From a virus (taxonomy: Duplodnaviria; Caudoviricetes), in the IMG/VR virus record IMGVR_UViG_3300011335_000727, positions 1 to 46,734 of that record: a stretch of DNA of 46,734 bases. One strand, written 5' to 3'. Position 1 is the stretch's first letter. Each line of letters starts with the position of its first letter. The notes beneath the pieces are model-generated. The model ran no database searches. It saw only the letters and a program-made list of their open reading frames with translations, and was not told where the DNA came from. Made by a program: the position numbers and the translations under genes. Shown here one piece after another: positions 18,601 to 27,363 of the stretch.

Positions 18601-20444
18601 GGATTGGCAGCATTGCCGAACAGCCCTACCTGCACGAGTTGGTTGGCGGGGACCGTCCGATTCTGGACTTCCTAACAAGCTCGGTGCAGAACACTGCGCT
18701 GATCACGGACATGGGGCTGCGCAATCTGGCGACTAAGAACGCCATGAACGAGCTTGAGGACATTGGGTTGGCGCAGATTCGAGAGGGGCCGGGTACGGCG
18801 GACCCGAAAGTTGTGCGGTTCAAGGTCGACGGTGTGGATCACTACGCCGTTGTCGACACAGACAAAGCGGGGGTGCCCGCGGATTTGCTGGTCAAGGGTA
18901 TGCAGGGTATCCCAACCCAGCTACCCGCAATTGTCCGGGCGCTGGGGATGCCGGCCACACTGCTGCGCAGGGCGGTGACGCTCAGTCCTACGTATGCCGC
19001 ACGCCAGTTGTTCCGTGACTCGTTAGCCGCGCCGTTGTTGTCTGGCGCGGATTTTGTTCCCGTCCTTGGGGCGTTGGGCCAGCTTGGCAAATCCACCACC
19101 AAGGCGACGCTGGAGAAGCGGGGCATCACAGGCGGGCAGATCTTTGCTGGCGGCAGCAGCAGCGAGGCCATGACCAAGATTCTGAACGACATGATGTCTG
19201 GCAAGGGTAACTTGGGGCAACTCATATCCAAGGCGGAGGCGCTCAACATGGAGGCTGACGCTGCAACCCGCCGCGCTCAGTACAACAGCTACATCAAGCA
19301 AGGGTTGTCCGAGATGGAGGCCACGCTGATGTCGCTGGAGTCAATGAACTTTAGCAAGCGCGGTGCGTCCCCCAGCATCCACATGGCAAACGCGTTGATC
19401 CCGTTCTTCAACTCCCAGATTCAAGGTCTGAACGTGCTGTACAAGGCGCTGACGGGCAAGTTGCCGTTCAACGACCGGCTGAAGATTCAAGAGAAGCTGT
19501 TGACCCGCGGGGCACTGCTTGCCGTTGGTTCGCTTGCATACGCTGCCATGATGCAGGACGACGAGGCATACAAGAACGCCACGCCAGAGCAGAAGTACGG
19601 GAACTGGTTTATTCGCATCTCCGGTATCGATGAGCCCATCAGGTTTCCAATCCCATTTGAAATTGGGTACCTGTTCAAAGCGTTGCCCGAGGCGATCTAC
19701 AACTCGATGGCAAACGAGAGCGGGGCGGAAGAAGCGTTCAAGGCGCTCAAGACAATCGTGCTGCAGACGATCCCGGGCGGATCCTCCTACTTCATCCCAC
19801 AGGCGCTCAAGCCGGCCATCGAGTACGGGATGGGCAAGTCGTTCTACACCGGGCGGGACACGCTGTCTCGCCGGGAACAGGCGGTACTGCCCGAGCAGCA
19901 ATTCCGCGAGAACACCAGCGAGATCAGCAAGATGATGGGCTCCGGGCTGGGACTGTCCCCGATCAAGCTCGAGGCGCTCATAAGCGGCTACACCGGCACG
20001 ATGGGGTTGGCATTTGTTCAAGCGCTCAGTATGGGTGTGCCTACCGGGGAGTCTCCGGAGAAGACCACGAAGCGTTTGTCGGACATGCCGGTGAGCGGCA
20101 GTTCGTTCCAACCCAACGATGCCGGCGGCATCATCAACGCTGTGTATGAGCGCATGAACGATGTCAAGAAAGTCGAGACCTCAGTTAATCAAATGATGGC
20201 TGAAGGGCGTGTTGCGGAAGCCAAGGAGTTGGTCAACAAACGCGCCGACGAGTTTGCACAATCAGGCGTGGCGGACTACTTTACCTCGAACATGCAGCAG
20301 ATCACCAAGTTTGAGAACGCCATCCGGGCATCGAACATGACCGGTGACGAGAAACGCGCCAAGCTGGATGACACCCGCCAGATGAAGATCCGCCTTGCGC
20401 AGATGGTGCGCCAAGCAACTGACGAGGCTAAGGCAGTCGGCTGA
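12612..20444 (+). CDS. Large polyvalent virion protein with zincin (HEMTH) and C-terminal LPD38-like domain
   Basis: 2610 aa; GEYDFDTNTV...LHEMTH...HEFASE metallopeptidase-like motif; C-terminal YKNATPEQKYGNWFI...IPFEIGYLFKALPE typical of LPD38. Confidence 0.7.
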   Translation: MPYSIQLPDGTLVENIPDEVDPSAAKARIIAQHPELGPKPKTGIGAALGKGVESIISSGRTAFGAATGDADEAARAGLERGEAMGKKYADQVSLQKVKDAYNKDGVLSAAGEAISQIPAAIAEQAPNLAAMAGSARLGAMAGSVLGPVGATVGGIGGALIPALAQQFSGNIERQAQEGVPVSSGSALAAAVPQAGLDVAASLIPFGGRLVQKLTGIPMGALLGRSAESAAKLADERLLTVLAKGTGVGALAEIPTEITQQMLERAQAGLSLSSPDALKEYGETAYQVGLLAPLGAVGRLSERSGARMDVAAKQQEEAAQAATVQQQQEAAAAQKKATDDADPNYAIKLRADYVAANVEMQRLNQAVKALSAEKDPLSVADAKDARKARDAYAKETMQPLVDEIRRVRQLHPGVDFRPTPAAAVPAAAPAVAPIEPVAPAPVAPAVAPAVAPLTKAQAAEGTVSEPAPFTAPAAAAPARMEEIQSHVEAIMGSPEVAAEMVANNEQVPGLTPEENALFLEMLQQRLAQEELTGEVAVPAGADVAPAKKAKGKKAAAPVAPVAPVAPAVEDTTVEPTEPRTLDQSFAAMDRTPEEPVPQIPAGSQYMIPGAAPLKKTGAVQTQALTQEIQTELKQLSKAYITARQEGRRADALAVIDRMRYLKEQGKAAEVGPALEGAANTSQSETIETKPADRTSPKALQQDIARAQALPNLSDTHAELLDKLQQNLPELLRYKAPTTGQTPGLETTKAVPEAARGAGDTRVRIVDFLDSLRQGLPAETEARNLQQQLAQIERQSQQEVSPRELQGMLVKLAKPELSNKERGLLRLVGENQSTIMEDPVARMTVARWLASDVGQGIGEATQGLRKYFGIAPEQEEAVRPTAKAVDERSAQIEKEYAAARQAIDKVAADAGIPLQPLANTIQRLQEQAARAKAAVEKAEPEARDGAKPALTKLANLQGAYNTLLQRVSEASAKYDTKIKETLSTSAESKAATARLEKAKVAKSLLDTINDSDSGGARHDARNALNKLMPLNVQAEPKAEAPAKAPADTSVSEMQEDMFPAERKQAVQREETQGMYEDLFGEQKPTVAETRAEKQEESRKERKLTGDLSALLGKQISFEKRRAMLAAIDEAPLKRQAFEDAINDAKLSQAERDAAQVALTAYVAKLRKRAEDKDASYATAYKLRGEESGKVQDLKGQLEAPGLTDAKRTGLQAQYRKAQDQLNKRDAQLARLRGVAIDPVETSEQRLETLEQLARETYKKAVTEEEQAQLDKTKGRAGVATVKATQPTSVLRTGRADQVGLLDKDKDTYTRPDLRVTEKRAPKQRNVEISKEEMELANQLEQGSKPVYSKMTLALGSYKDQVNAAISKVSDLNAKLSAVKERQEALEKQRPSKEKVAAGVTSPWTEEKAEALVYQQKSIQTELNSAKKEWARITSREAASVGVESEAEKAQQAELDKYTKYIKELRKRVPVAQRDQAYVVYRGVRTPVSEVLTKVSATLKSLKEDLAVGSLPGETGKTKLSDEAKSDAVLLRENSPDYELRDTVDLTGAALEAVKDGRVLDALDAIGANSNSPFVKELVKNLRPLVMRTKLRVTDNLMYRGKRVEGEYDFDTNTVTMDSDALTEEAVLHEMTHAVTTRLLTVDPSQLTKEQRAARVELEKLFKAIQKDKAFANEYGKKSIHEFASEVMSNKALRDKLAARKWHGANLLNKIYRAFMNFIGFKSENMADASVGSIYKLFTPSTTAAKAGITMSPAGIAFPSAVRYANPGLAAAGATGDTFIAKQRGAIDRVRAAAGGFLGLETQLVDRFAPLERASKGMEALKGSQMMYYLRMYDQRMNYTAQSVANGAIQRVAKKRPDGRTEYVVESVDGANIKQVVDILKKAPAGSPDAANRLFTMYLAGLRAKNKGFDTLHFGDKLTEAQLDSAMASIRATPGLEENFKQAREVYNEYNRNMVGFLAQSGAISKDHATRLTKENDYIPFYREKDGVASLTIGGEAPIRIGSIAEQPYLHELVGGDRPILDFLTSSVQNTALITDMGLRNLATKNAMNELEDIGLAQIREGPGTADPKVVRFKVDGVDHYAVVDTDKAGVPADLLVKGMQGIPTQLPAIVRALGMPATLLRRAVTLSPTYAARQLFRDSLAAPLLSGADFVPVLGALGQLGKSTTKATLEKRGITGGQIFAGGSSSEAMTKILNDMMSGKGNLGQLISKAEALNMEADAATRRAQYNSYIKQGLSEMEATLMSLESMNFSKRGASPSIHMANALIPFFNSQIQGLNVLYKALTGKLPFNDRLKIQEKLLTRGALLAVGSLAYAAMMQDDEAYKNATPEQKYGNWFIRISGIDEPIRFPIPFEIGYLFKALPEAIYNSMANESGAEEAFKALKTIVLQTIPGGSSYFIPQALKPAIEYGMGKSFYTGRDTLSRREQAVLPEQQFRENTSEISKMMGSGLGLSPIKLEALISGYTGTMGLAFVQALSMGVPTGESPEKTTKRLSDMPVSGSSFQPNDAGGIINAVYERMNDVKKVETSVNQMMAEGRVAEAKELVNKRADEFAQSGVADYFTSNMQQITKFENAIRASNMTGDEKRAKLDDTRQMKIRLAQMVRQATDEAKAVG

Positions 20445-20616
20445 ACCACACCCCGATCAGGCCACTCCGAATGCCCGGAGTGGCCGTAGCCCTTATGCGG
20501 TAGGAGAGCGCGTCACGCAACCCCGCCTCAATGACGGGGGCCACGTGGAGGCAGGGGACAAAGAACCCCTGCCCCGGCTCAAGCTTCTCCCAAGGGAAGA
20601 CTATCTTCCATACCAT
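20428..20616 (-). CDS. Small hypothetical protein (FPWEKLEPGQGFFVP family)
   Basis: 62 aa; recognisable small phage family; overlaps the primase 3' end. Confidence 0.6.
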   Translation of the reverse strand: MVWKIVFPWEKLEPGQGFFVPCLHVAPVIEAGLRDALSYRIRATATPGIRSGLIGVWFSRLP

Positions 20617-23600
20617 CGTAGCGGTCCTTTGGGATGCTGATATGCATCACATTCACCCTGAGCGACGGGCCGTCGGTGTACGCCAGCATGTCCTTCTTGA
20701 CGCCGAAGCGCACGTTGTACCCCTCCTCCGACATAGCCTCAAGCTGCCGGCGGAAGTCCGAGAACCCAAAGCTCATCGACGCGCAGTGCTGCTTGAGTAT
20801 CTGCTCCTCCACGTAGTACTCGACGAACCCCGCGTGACGCGTGCCGTGCTCAATACGGGCCATCACCGTGTTCCGCGTGCTGGTCTTGCCAGTCACATCG
20901 CGCCCCATCTCAGCCAGCAGCTTGTTGTGGGCGTCCTTGCGCACGACGATGAACCGACCATAGAACTCCCGGGTGAAGGTGTTGAGCACATCCTCGGCAT
21001 TGCGGGCGGACTTCACGTGGGCTACCCGGGCGTCGGTCACCAAGGCTTTGAGCGCCTTGATCACGGGCTTGAGCGGGATGTCCATCAGGCCGGCGTAGCT
21101 GGTGCCGATCAGGATACCCGCCGCCACCGTCGACGTACAGGCGGCATGCCAGTAACGCTCTTCATCCGTGAACCCCAGCAGCACACGTAGCTCCTCGTGT
21201 GTGCGCAGCCATACCGTCCGGGCGATGTCTTGATTCTGCACCAACCACCGCACCCACGCCTCGCCGGCTACACCGTAGTTCCGCCGCAGTTCCTTGAGGG
21301 TCAAGCGCTCGCGCTCGCTGAACTCCAACTCCTTGGTGGGCGTCCACTCCAGCATACGCATCATCTCGCCATGCGATGAGTGCTTGCGAGCCCCCGTCAG
21401 GATGTCGGTCATGTGCGTGTTGGAGGTCAGCGTACAGGTCAGCGCCCACGTGCTGTTGTTGATGCGCTCCTTGTTTGTGCCCGACTCCATGCGCTCCTTG
21501 CCCTGCCCCTCAGAGATGTCGAAGATGAACGCTGGTGCCCACTCGGTGTCGTTGCGCGTCTTGCTTGTAATCTCGTCGATCAGCAGCGGCATGCTGTTGA
21601 GCAGGCCAGCGCGTTGCTGCATGGCAACCGGCGATGTCCCCTTGCCTGTGCGGTAGCGGATGGGGTGCCCCCAGACGCCGGCCTTCAAGCTGAGCGTGAG
21701 CGACTTGCCCGTACCGGAGCCCGTTGAGCCGATGTGCCAGACAAAGCCCTCGTAGTCCGAGAACGACATGAGCGGCGAGCCAAAGCTGTCCAGACAGAGC
21801 GCCAGCATGGTGTCCATCTTCTTGTCGATCAGCAACTGCCACGGCTTGCGCCAGCCCTCGATGGTGCCCTTGCTGTTGGTGCCCCGGTTGATGTTCTCCA
21901 GCCCGGGCATGGGCACTGGGATCTCGGTGCCGTCGCGGCGGAACACGCGGTTGTTGTAGACGAAGGAGCGATCCTTCTGCCAGCCGAATTGAATAGGAAC
22001 GTCCACCGCCTTGCGCAACAGCGCGGACTCCTCGATGCAGGCCCGCACGTAGTTATAGAGGTGACCGTCCATGACAGCCCCCCGTGCCGCGTAGATGTTG
22101 TGTGATGCTAGACATTTGATTAGCTCCTCTTTTGATACTGCCGCTTTACTCGGCATGATGACGGGGGTGTACTCGGTCAGCTTGGACTCGCCAGTCTGGC
22201 CTATCTTCTTGATTGCCATTAGGTGGGCATAGTGCTCCTTCTCATCCATACGCAGCATGTCAACGACAAACAGGTCATACGGCAGCACCGACACCTGTGT
22301 CTTGATCTCCACGCCCGTAGCGTCCTTCTCCTTGATGTCCACGAACACGCCGCCATGCTCCCCATAGCTGAAGTTGCGGGGTGGGGTTGGGCGCGTTGCT
22401 TTCCGAGTGCGGACATTCTGGGGCGTTGAAGCCTCATCCGACTCCTCGGTCAGGTCGTCCTGCAGGTACTCGGCGTCCATGTCCACCGTGGTGTCGATGC
22501 CGGCCTGCAACGGGATCTCGATCTCCTTCTCCCGGTTGTCGGTGCGTACCTCCCGGCCCAGCGCCAGCGCGTTGGTGATTTGGCCCCAGTGCGGACACTT
22601 GGGGCACACGCCCGGGTTCTCGCTGTCCATTTTGATGCAGGGGTAGGGCCCCTTAATCTCGGACAGTTTCTGGTGCATCCGGTCAATGGTGTACGGGTGC
22701 AGTGCGGTCAGCTTGGTGGAGTGCTCCAGCCCGTCTTCGCACACCTTGGCCCACGACAGCAGCCCGCGCCACAGCGGCTCCATGCCGTCTTGCTCAGCGT
22801 TCTTCATGTAGAACTCAAGCTGCCCGCAGCCCATACTCTTCTCGGACTTCATCCAGATGGGCTCGAAGCGCGTGACGCTGTTGCTCATCATGGCCTCTGC
22901 CGCCGCGGACTTTGCCGTACGTGCTTTGCTTGGCCGAGTTCCGGGCAGATCTACACTGGTTGCCACGAACGCATTGCTGGCCGGCGCGAACGCCTCCGTC
23001 AACAACCCCCGGATCGTGGCACCGAAGCGCTTCAGATCAATCGGCCCGCTGCCCTGCGCGAGGAACTGCACCGGGCGGGGCTCTGCATACTTAGCCTTGA
23101 AGTTGAACGTGTTGGGTATGCGCAGCACCCGCGCTGCGTCGGCGGTGACCGTCTGGTCAATGTTCAGGCCCTCCTGTTTGCACAGGCGCTTGAAGTTCTC
23201 CGCTATCGGCTTCCATGTCGCGATGTCCACGGGCGCGTTCAGTACCCAGTAGCAGTGCAGTCCTCCTCCGGAGCCGACGATGTGCGGCGTGCCGAACTCG
23301 TCCAGTCCCGTCTTCTCCAGAAACCCCGCCAGCGCCAGCGCTGCGGCCTTCTTGGATGCGTAGCCGTCCATGTCGATGAAGATGGTCTTGATGTAGGCCG
23401 CGTTGGTAGCCTTGCGGCCCCCTACGTTGTCTTTGAATGTTGCCAGTGCAAAATAGATATCGCGCTTTCGTTCAAGCCAGCGCTTGATCGTGGGCCTAAC
23501 CGCCGCGACACCGTCAATAAACACGTGCTCTTTTTTTGATGAGCTTAGTTCCGCCGCACAGTACCATCCGTGACCCGGAGACGGCAGAACATCCGCTAGA

Positions 23601-23617
23601 AACTCGAGCGGTTTCAT
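20579..23617 (-). CDS. DNA primase-helicase (RepB-like AEP primase, Zn-binding region, DUF927, P-loop helicase)
   Basis: IFIDMD, SGGGLHCYW, DAARVLRIP primase motifs; CPKCPH; QFGWQ; Walker A GSTGSGTGKS; Walker B LLIDE. Confidence 0.85.
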   Translation of the reverse strand: MKPLEFLADVLPSPGHGWYCAAELSSSKKEHVFIDGVAAVRPTIKRWLERKRDIYFALATFKDNVGGRKATNAAYIKTIFIDMDGYASKKAAALALAGFLEKTGLDEFGTPHIVGSGGGLHCYWVLNAPVDIATWKPIAENFKRLCKQEGLNIDQTVTADAARVLRIPNTFNFKAKYAEPRPVQFLAQGSGPIDLKRFGATIRGLLTEAFAPASNAFVATSVDLPGTRPSKARTAKSAAAEAMMSNSVTRFEPIWMKSEKSMGCGQLEFYMKNAEQDGMEPLWRGLLSWAKVCEDGLEHSTKLTALHPYTIDRMHQKLSEIKGPYPCIKMDSENPGVCPKCPHWGQITNALALGREVRTDNREKEIEIPLQAGIDTTVDMDAEYLQDDLTEESDEASTPQNVRTRKATRPTPPRNFSYGEHGGVFVDIKEKDATGVEIKTQVSVLPYDLFVVDMLRMDEKEHYAHLMAIKKIGQTGESKLTEYTPVIMPSKAAVSKEELIKCLASHNIYAARGAVMDGHLYNYVRACIEESALLRKAVDVPIQFGWQKDRSFVYNNRVFRRDGTEIPVPMPGLENINRGTNSKGTIEGWRKPWQLLIDKKMDTMLALCLDSFGSPLMSFSDYEGFVWHIGSTGSGTGKSLTLSLKAGVWGHPIRYRTGKGTSPVAMQQRAGLLNSMPLLIDEITSKTRNDTEWAPAFIFDISEGQGKERMESGTNKERINNSTWALTCTLTSNTHMTDILTGARKHSSHGEMMRMLEWTPTKELEFSERERLTLKELRRNYGVAGEAWVRWLVQNQDIARTVWLRTHEELRVLLGFTDEERYWHAACTSTVAAGILIGTSYAGLMDIPLKPVIKALKALVTDARVAHVKSARNAEDVLNTFTREFYGRFIVVRKDAHNKLLAEMGRDVTGKTSTRNTVMARIEHGTRHAGFVEYYVEEQILKQHCASMSFGFSDFRRQLEAMSEEGYNVRFGVKKDMLAYTDGPSLRVNVMHISIPKDRYDGMEDSLPLGEA

Positions 23618-23630
23618 TGCGTTCCTTGTG

Positions 23631-23771
23631 TTATTTCAGGTCGTCGAGCTTCTGCTCAAAGCGCTTGATCAACTCTGTGACCCAGTCAGGGGACAGGTGC
23701 GCTGGATCGGACAGCCGTGCGTACCGCACAAGCTCTTCATCACTCAAGTTCTCAGGTCGAATTCCGTGCAT
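23631..23771 (-). CDS. Small hypothetical protein (46 aa); not in the ORF track
   Basis: Manual translation: MHGIRPENLSDEELVRYARLSDPAHLSPDWVTELIKRFEQKLDDLK; fills the gap before the primase. Confidence 0.55.
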   Translation of the reverse strand: MHGIRPENLSDEELVRYARLSDPAHLSPDWVTELIKRFEQKLDDLK

Positions 23772-24022
23772 ATCTTCCCCCATGCTTCTTCAGCAGTCTT
23801 GGACGACTGCATACATTTAATGACACGCGTAACCGCAGGGCGGTACGCAACGAATACTTCGCCGCCTTTCATCCAGTTGTAAACGGATTGGCGGGTTGCG
23901 CCTGTCGCCAACGCGATTTTGACGGCGGGCAAATCAAGGAACACAGCCCAGCGCCCAAGGCGAGTGCCAAGGGTCAGAGGCTGCGCCTTGATCAGCGCAA
24001 TGAGGTGCGATTGGTAGGCCAT
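23744..24022 (-). CDS. Cro/XRE-like helix-turn-helix protein
   Basis: Start reassigned to ATG 24022 (MAYQSH); AVKIALATGATRQSVYNWMKG HTH pattern. Confidence 0.7.
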   Translation of the reverse strand: MAYQSHLIALIKAQPLTLGTRLGRWAVFLDLPAVKIALATGATRQSVYNWMKGGEVFVAYRPAVTRVIKCMQSSKTAEEAWGKICTEFDLRT

Positions 24023-24023
24023 A

Positions 24024-24052
24024 ACAAAAAGGGGCAGCGCGTTGCTGCCCTT
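24024..24052 (-). terminator. Rho-independent terminator
   Basis: Minus strand GGGCAGC-AACGC-GCTGCCC followed by CTTTTTGTT, directly after the stop at 24057. Confidence 0.6.
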
Positions 24053-24056
24053 GCCT

Positions 24057-25037
24057 TTACTCGTCGTCCCAGTCGCTGACCATGTCGGCCAGCGCACCCT
24101 TGGCCGGGGCCGCGGGTTTCTTGGGAGCCTCTTGGCGCACGACAGGCTCTTCTGGCTCGTCCTCGACTACCGGTGCGGGTGCCGGCTTGGCCTTGGCAGC
24201 GGGCTTAGCCTTGGGGGGTGGGGGCGGGGGAGCCTCGTCTTCCTCTTCCACCACAGGTGCTGGTGCAGGCTTGGTGCGTGTGGGGGGCTTGCCGGCCAAC
24301 TCGAGGGGCTTCGACACGGCGTTGTCCATCTTCGCCACGGTCATCGTGACGGCCTTGAGCGCGTCCTCGGATTCCGATTGCTCCATAATGATGTCGTACT
24401 CAGGATCAGTCAGCCAGCGCTGCGCCTTGAAAAACAGCTTGGGGCTCTCGGACTTGGTATCGAACCGCATGCGGGTGACGACAGCCTCGGGGTTGATGTT
24501 CTGCGCAACCAACCAACGGGCGTACTCCTGCAACGGGCGGTTGTCATCGACAGCCTTGCCAAAGATGGACGTAGCCGGCAGCGCCAACTGCATCACGTTC
24601 CCGCCCATATCATCCTCGAGCACCACAGCCAGACGCTGCTGATACCGACAGGCGCGGCTCTGACCTTGCCCGGATCCTGCGATGTTCTTGGGACACTCGG
24701 AGCAGCGCGATGCCTGCTTGCTGGTGGACTCGTCGCTCGGCTTGTCGCCATCAGGTGACCAGCAGTCTGGGCCCGACACGTTATCGGAGTCGTAGGTTTT
24801 GGCGTAGAACACCCGCGCTACCTTGGGGGCAGCCTTAACCATCACGATGTCCAGATGGCGCTCATCAATTGCGGACACCTCTTTGCCGTTGTTGACCAGA
24901 CGGAACACACCGCCTTTAATACTGACGCGATACCCACCGCCACCGCCCCCAGCGAGGGACTTAGCCATAGCAGACAACTCGGCTTTGCGAGCGAAGGCCG
25001 GCACTTGGCCGGGGTTGAAGAGAGCTACATTACCCAT
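24057..25037 (-). CDS. Putative single-stranded DNA-binding protein with Cys cluster
   Basis: 326 aa in the replication module; CWS...CSECP...AC; Pro/Lys linker and acidic aromatic tail (DWDDE) typical of phage SSBs. Confidence 0.55.
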   Translation of the reverse strand: MGNVALFNPGQVPAFARKAELSAMAKSLAGGGGGGYRVSIKGGVFRLVNNGKEVSAIDERHLDIVMVKAAPKVARVFYAKTYDSDNVSGPDCWSPDGDKPSDESTSKQASRCSECPKNIAGSGQGQSRACRYQQRLAVVLEDDMGGNVMQLALPATSIFGKAVDDNRPLQEYARWLVAQNINPEAVVTRMRFDTKSESPKLFFKAQRWLTDPEYDIIMEQSESEDALKAVTMTVAKMDNAVSKPLELAGKPPTRTKPAPAPVVEEEDEAPPPPPPKAKPAAKAKPAPAPVVEDEPEEPVVRQEAPKKPAAPAKGALADMVSDWDDE

Positions 25038-25051
25038 TTGATTTCCTTTGG

Positions 25052-25468
25052 TTACTTGGTTGGCTTGCGCACGCTGATTGCGTATTCGCTATTGCTGTTG
25101 AGACCCGGCGGCACGAGGGTCGGATTTTCCTGCAGGAAGGTAGCCATGTTGGTCTGCGCGATGCGCTTCTCCAACAGATCGAGGGCGTCATTCTCTTTCA
25201 TGAACTCCTTGAACGCGTCCCAGTCTTGGGTCGAGTAGCGGGTCTTCGTTGAGAGGATGACGGTGCCCTCCGCCGTGTTGACGGACTTCACGCCAAGTGC
25301 CAGCATCTGGTCTTTCAAGGCGGTCTTAACCACTTCCTGCTGCGCCTTCAGCCCTTCGACTTCCGTCTCATAAACGGCGGTCAACTGCTGAATCTTTGTC
25401 TGCATCTTGCGATACACCCGGGCCAACTTATCCATCGGGATCGTGGCCGCTTCATTGCTTTCTGTCAT
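25052..25468 (-). CDS. Conserved replication-module protein (coiled coil, Gam/gp33-like)
   Basis: 138 aa; GVKSVNT..GTV...DWDAF...LLEKRI..PPGL; GGAG RBS. Confidence 0.55.
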   Translation of the reverse strand: MTESNEAATIPMDKLARVYRKMQTKIQQLTAVYETEVEGLKAQQEVVKTALKDQMLALGVKSVNTAEGTVILSTKTRYSTQDWDAFKEFMKENDALDLLEKRIAQTNMATFLQENPTLVPPGLNSNSEYAISVRKPTK

Positions 25469-25549
25469 TTATTTCTCCTGTTATTACCTGTCAGGTTTGT
25501 TAAACCTTTGACAATCATACACCTAGTTTTGCTTCATGAAGTACTCCTT

Positions 25550-27115
25550 TCAATTATTTTTAATCTCTTGGTTGAACAGCCCGACAAGCAGCGCATGCTC
25601 ACCAACTTTGCCCGCCATTGCCTTGAACATCCGCACCTCAATGGGGCTGCTCTGGATGTGCACGACGGTCACTTTATCAGAGTTCTGCCCCTTGCGGTCA
25701 GCCCGGGCGATGCATTGCAGGTACATCTCAACGCTCATCAACGGCCCGTAGAACACCACTGTGTCGGCAGCAGTCAGCGTGATACCGTGTGCAGTTGCTT
25801 GCGGCTGCATGACCAGCACACGCACGGCGTCGGTGTTCTGGAAATCGTTGATGATCTGCCCCCGCTTGGTGGCATTCACATCCCCGTGAATCTGCCCGGT
25901 ACTGATGCCGTGCTTGACCAGATGCGCGACGATGGTGCTGATGCTGGAGCGGAACATGGCAAAGATAATGACCTTCCGGTCAGTCTCCTCGAGGATCTCC
26001 ATGAGCACCTTCATGCGCGGCGAAGCGTCGAACTCCACCGTCTCCTTGTCGTCCGTGTACGCAGCACCCGCGGATATCTGCAGCAGCTTGCTGACGGCGA
26101 CCCCCGCATTGACCGCTGAGATCGTCTCGCCGGCTGTCTGGAACAGCATCTGTTCTTTGAGCAGCTTGTAGTACTTGGCCTGCTGTGGCGACATCGGCAC
26201 ATCCCGCGTGACGGTCACAACCGGCGGCAGATCAAGGCACTGCGCTTTGGTGAAGCGTATGGCCGGCTGCAGCACCTCGTGCACCAACTGCTTGGCCTCG
26301 GGCTTGGGGGCCCACTTGAACGCGGTGATCTTGTTCATCACCTTGTCGCGCCATGCAGTAGCGAACTTCGGCACCCCCGACGGGTTGACCAGCTTGGCGA
26401 GGCCGTATGCATCCACGGGCGTCTGTGAGGCCGGCGTGCCAGTCATCATCCACAGGTAGGTGTGCGGGTGGATGATCTTAGCCAGAGACTTCCAGCGCTG
26501 TGTGCTCGGGTTCTTGTACGCGTTCGCCTCGTCGACGATCACCAGATCAAAGCGCCCGTCATTGTTCACCTCATCAGCGATCAGGTTGAGCCCCTCGTAG
26601 TTGGCGATCACCAACTCGTAGTCACCTTGAACAAGCTCGACACGGCGCATAGCGCTGTTGTGATGGGCGACCACCATGCTGCGGTGCATCACGCTGTTGT
26701 TGATGTCGCCTACCCATGCCGCGTGCATGATTGAGAGCGGGCACAGGATCAGAACCCTGCGCACTTCTCCACGCTTCATCAGGTAGTCCGCCGCCCACAG
26801 TGCGCTGAGCGTCTTGCCAGTCCCGGGTTCGTTGAAACAGAACGCCCGTCTGTGCAGCGTCAGGAAGGATGCCGTCTCAATCTGATGCGCCATCGGGATG
26901 TAGCGCCCGGGCCAGTCGTACTTGCGCGAGATAGGTGACGGGGTGTTCTTGACGCCAAGATTCTTGAGAACCCGCATCTCGTCGAGCCCCCAGTACACCG
27001 CCACCGTGTAGCCCCCATTACCATGATCCTCAATGATGCGGCTCTTGGGTATGACGGTGTATTTGCTGGGATTGCGTGTGCGTATGAGCACCGCCTTGTT
27101 GTCGAGGATCTGCAT
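25550..27115 (-). CDS. SNF2-family DNA helicase
   Basis: EPGTGKT, VIVDEA, MTGTP, HGITLT and ARADRKGQ motifs. Confidence 0.9.
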   Translation of the reverse strand: MQILDNKAVLIRTRNPSKYTVIPKSRIIEDHGNGGYTVAVYWGLDEMRVLKNLGVKNTPSPISRKYDWPGRYIPMAHQIETASFLTLHRRAFCFNEPGTGKTLSALWAADYLMKRGEVRRVLILCPLSIMHAAWVGDINNSVMHRSMVVAHHNSAMRRVELVQGDYELVIANYEGLNLIADEVNNDGRFDLVIVDEANAYKNPSTQRWKSLAKIIHPHTYLWMMTGTPASQTPVDAYGLAKLVNPSGVPKFATAWRDKVMNKITAFKWAPKPEAKQLVHEVLQPAIRFTKAQCLDLPPVVTVTRDVPMSPQQAKYYKLLKEQMLFQTAGETISAVNAGVAVSKLLQISAGAAYTDDKETVEFDASPRMKVLMEILEETDRKVIIFAMFRSSISTIVAHLVKHGISTGQIHGDVNATKRGQIINDFQNTDAVRVLVMQPQATAHGITLTAADTVVFYGPLMSVEMYLQCIARADRKGQNSDKVTVVHIQSSPIEVRMFKAMAGKVGEHALLVGLFNQEIKNN

Positions 27116-27354
27116 TACTTGCCGTTGTCCGCTTGGTTGGCCTTCTTCCCGCGCAGCCGCAGGTTGCCGGGGACAGTCTTGCCGCCTGCACGCAGTGGCT
27201 TGATGTGGTCGATGTCCTTGCCGGCGCGGTCCACGCCTTGTTGGTCGTAGATGCCCCGAGCCTTCTGGCGCTCGAGTTGGTCTTGCGTCTCGCCGGTTTT
27301 CTTCTGCAGTTTGTAGGCGTGTTTGTAGTCACGCTTGCCATTGGTCTGTGTCAT
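27115..27354 (-). CDS. Small HNH endonuclease
   Basis: DIDHIKPL..GG....NLR......N motif. Confidence 0.75.
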   Translation of the reverse strand: MTQTNGKRDYKHAYKLQKKTGETQDQLERQKARGIYDQQGVDRAGKDIDHIKPLRAGGKTVPGNLRLRGKKANQADNGK

Positions 27355-27363
27355 GTCTTTCTC

